The position numbers and the translations under genes were made by a program. A DNA stretch of 63,492 bases, filler included, from Reclinomonas americana ATCC 50394 (taxonomy: Eukaryota), in NCBI GenBank assembly GCA_048213135.1. It is 21 parts of 21 records of this genome, joined end to end, with 100 filler letters (N's around TTAATTAATTAA, not from the genome) between each part and the next. Parts side by side here need not be neighbours in the genome. Positions count along the whole stretch, not along the records: positions 61,427 to 63,492 come from AFZH01022785.1; 20 more parts are not named here. One strand, 5' to 3'. The notes below the pieces were generated by a model. It ran no database searches, had not been told where the DNA came from, and saw nothing but the letters and a program-made list of their open reading frames with translations. This document shows positions 63,363-63,492 of the stretch, one piece after another; within the stretch, counting starts at the first letter, position 1, and each line of letters starts with the position of its first letter.

Positions 63363-63413
63363 GAGAGAGAGAGGGAGAGGGAGAGGGAAAGGGGAAGATG
63401 AGAGGGAGGGAGG

Positions 63414-63475
<62 letters not shown>

Positions 63476-63492
63476 AGAAGGAGAGAGAGAGA
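63363..63492. repeat. Purine-rich (GA)n microsatellite
   Basis: Direct reading. Confidence 0.9.

Overview
This window is not one contiguous locus. It is about 25 short contigs joined by an artificial linker (N-run + TTAATTAATTAA + N-run). Positions 1-13433 are fragments of a high-GC alphaproteobacterium (Hyphomicrobiales, Bosea-like gene content): hydantoinase B, a two-component system plus LysR, the galD/galB/galC 4-oxalomesaconate pathway, a 5'-nucleotidase, GGT/amidase and a TRAP permease. Positions 13534-63492 come from a compact, intron-dense, microsatellite-rich genome of a flagellated protist: OCA-type phosphatase, a large S8 protease-EGF-lectin gene, CaiB CoA-transferase, DHH phosphoesterase, three tRNAs, SmB, a CLN3-like MFS protein, STPG1-like, calcyphosin-like, LYRM5, Rpt4, DNAH10-like dynein, TM9SF and a cadherin-repeat protein. 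The main finding comes from tracing introns by hand. At least 25 introns use a +1-shifted donor, GTTGCG(T) and relatives (the normal GTGCGT/GTACGT/GTGAGT consensus with an extra T). These almost always follow a non-G exon base, and they make up roughly one in four or five of the introns I could trace. Other notable items: a tRNA-Arg(ACG) built on the same body as the neighbouring tRNA-Cys(GCA), a decaying 131-bp tandem amplification of the DHH gene's 3' end, and an exon-per-domain array of bacterial-type cadherin repeats. Eukaryotic gene coordinates are spans including introns, read by eye.
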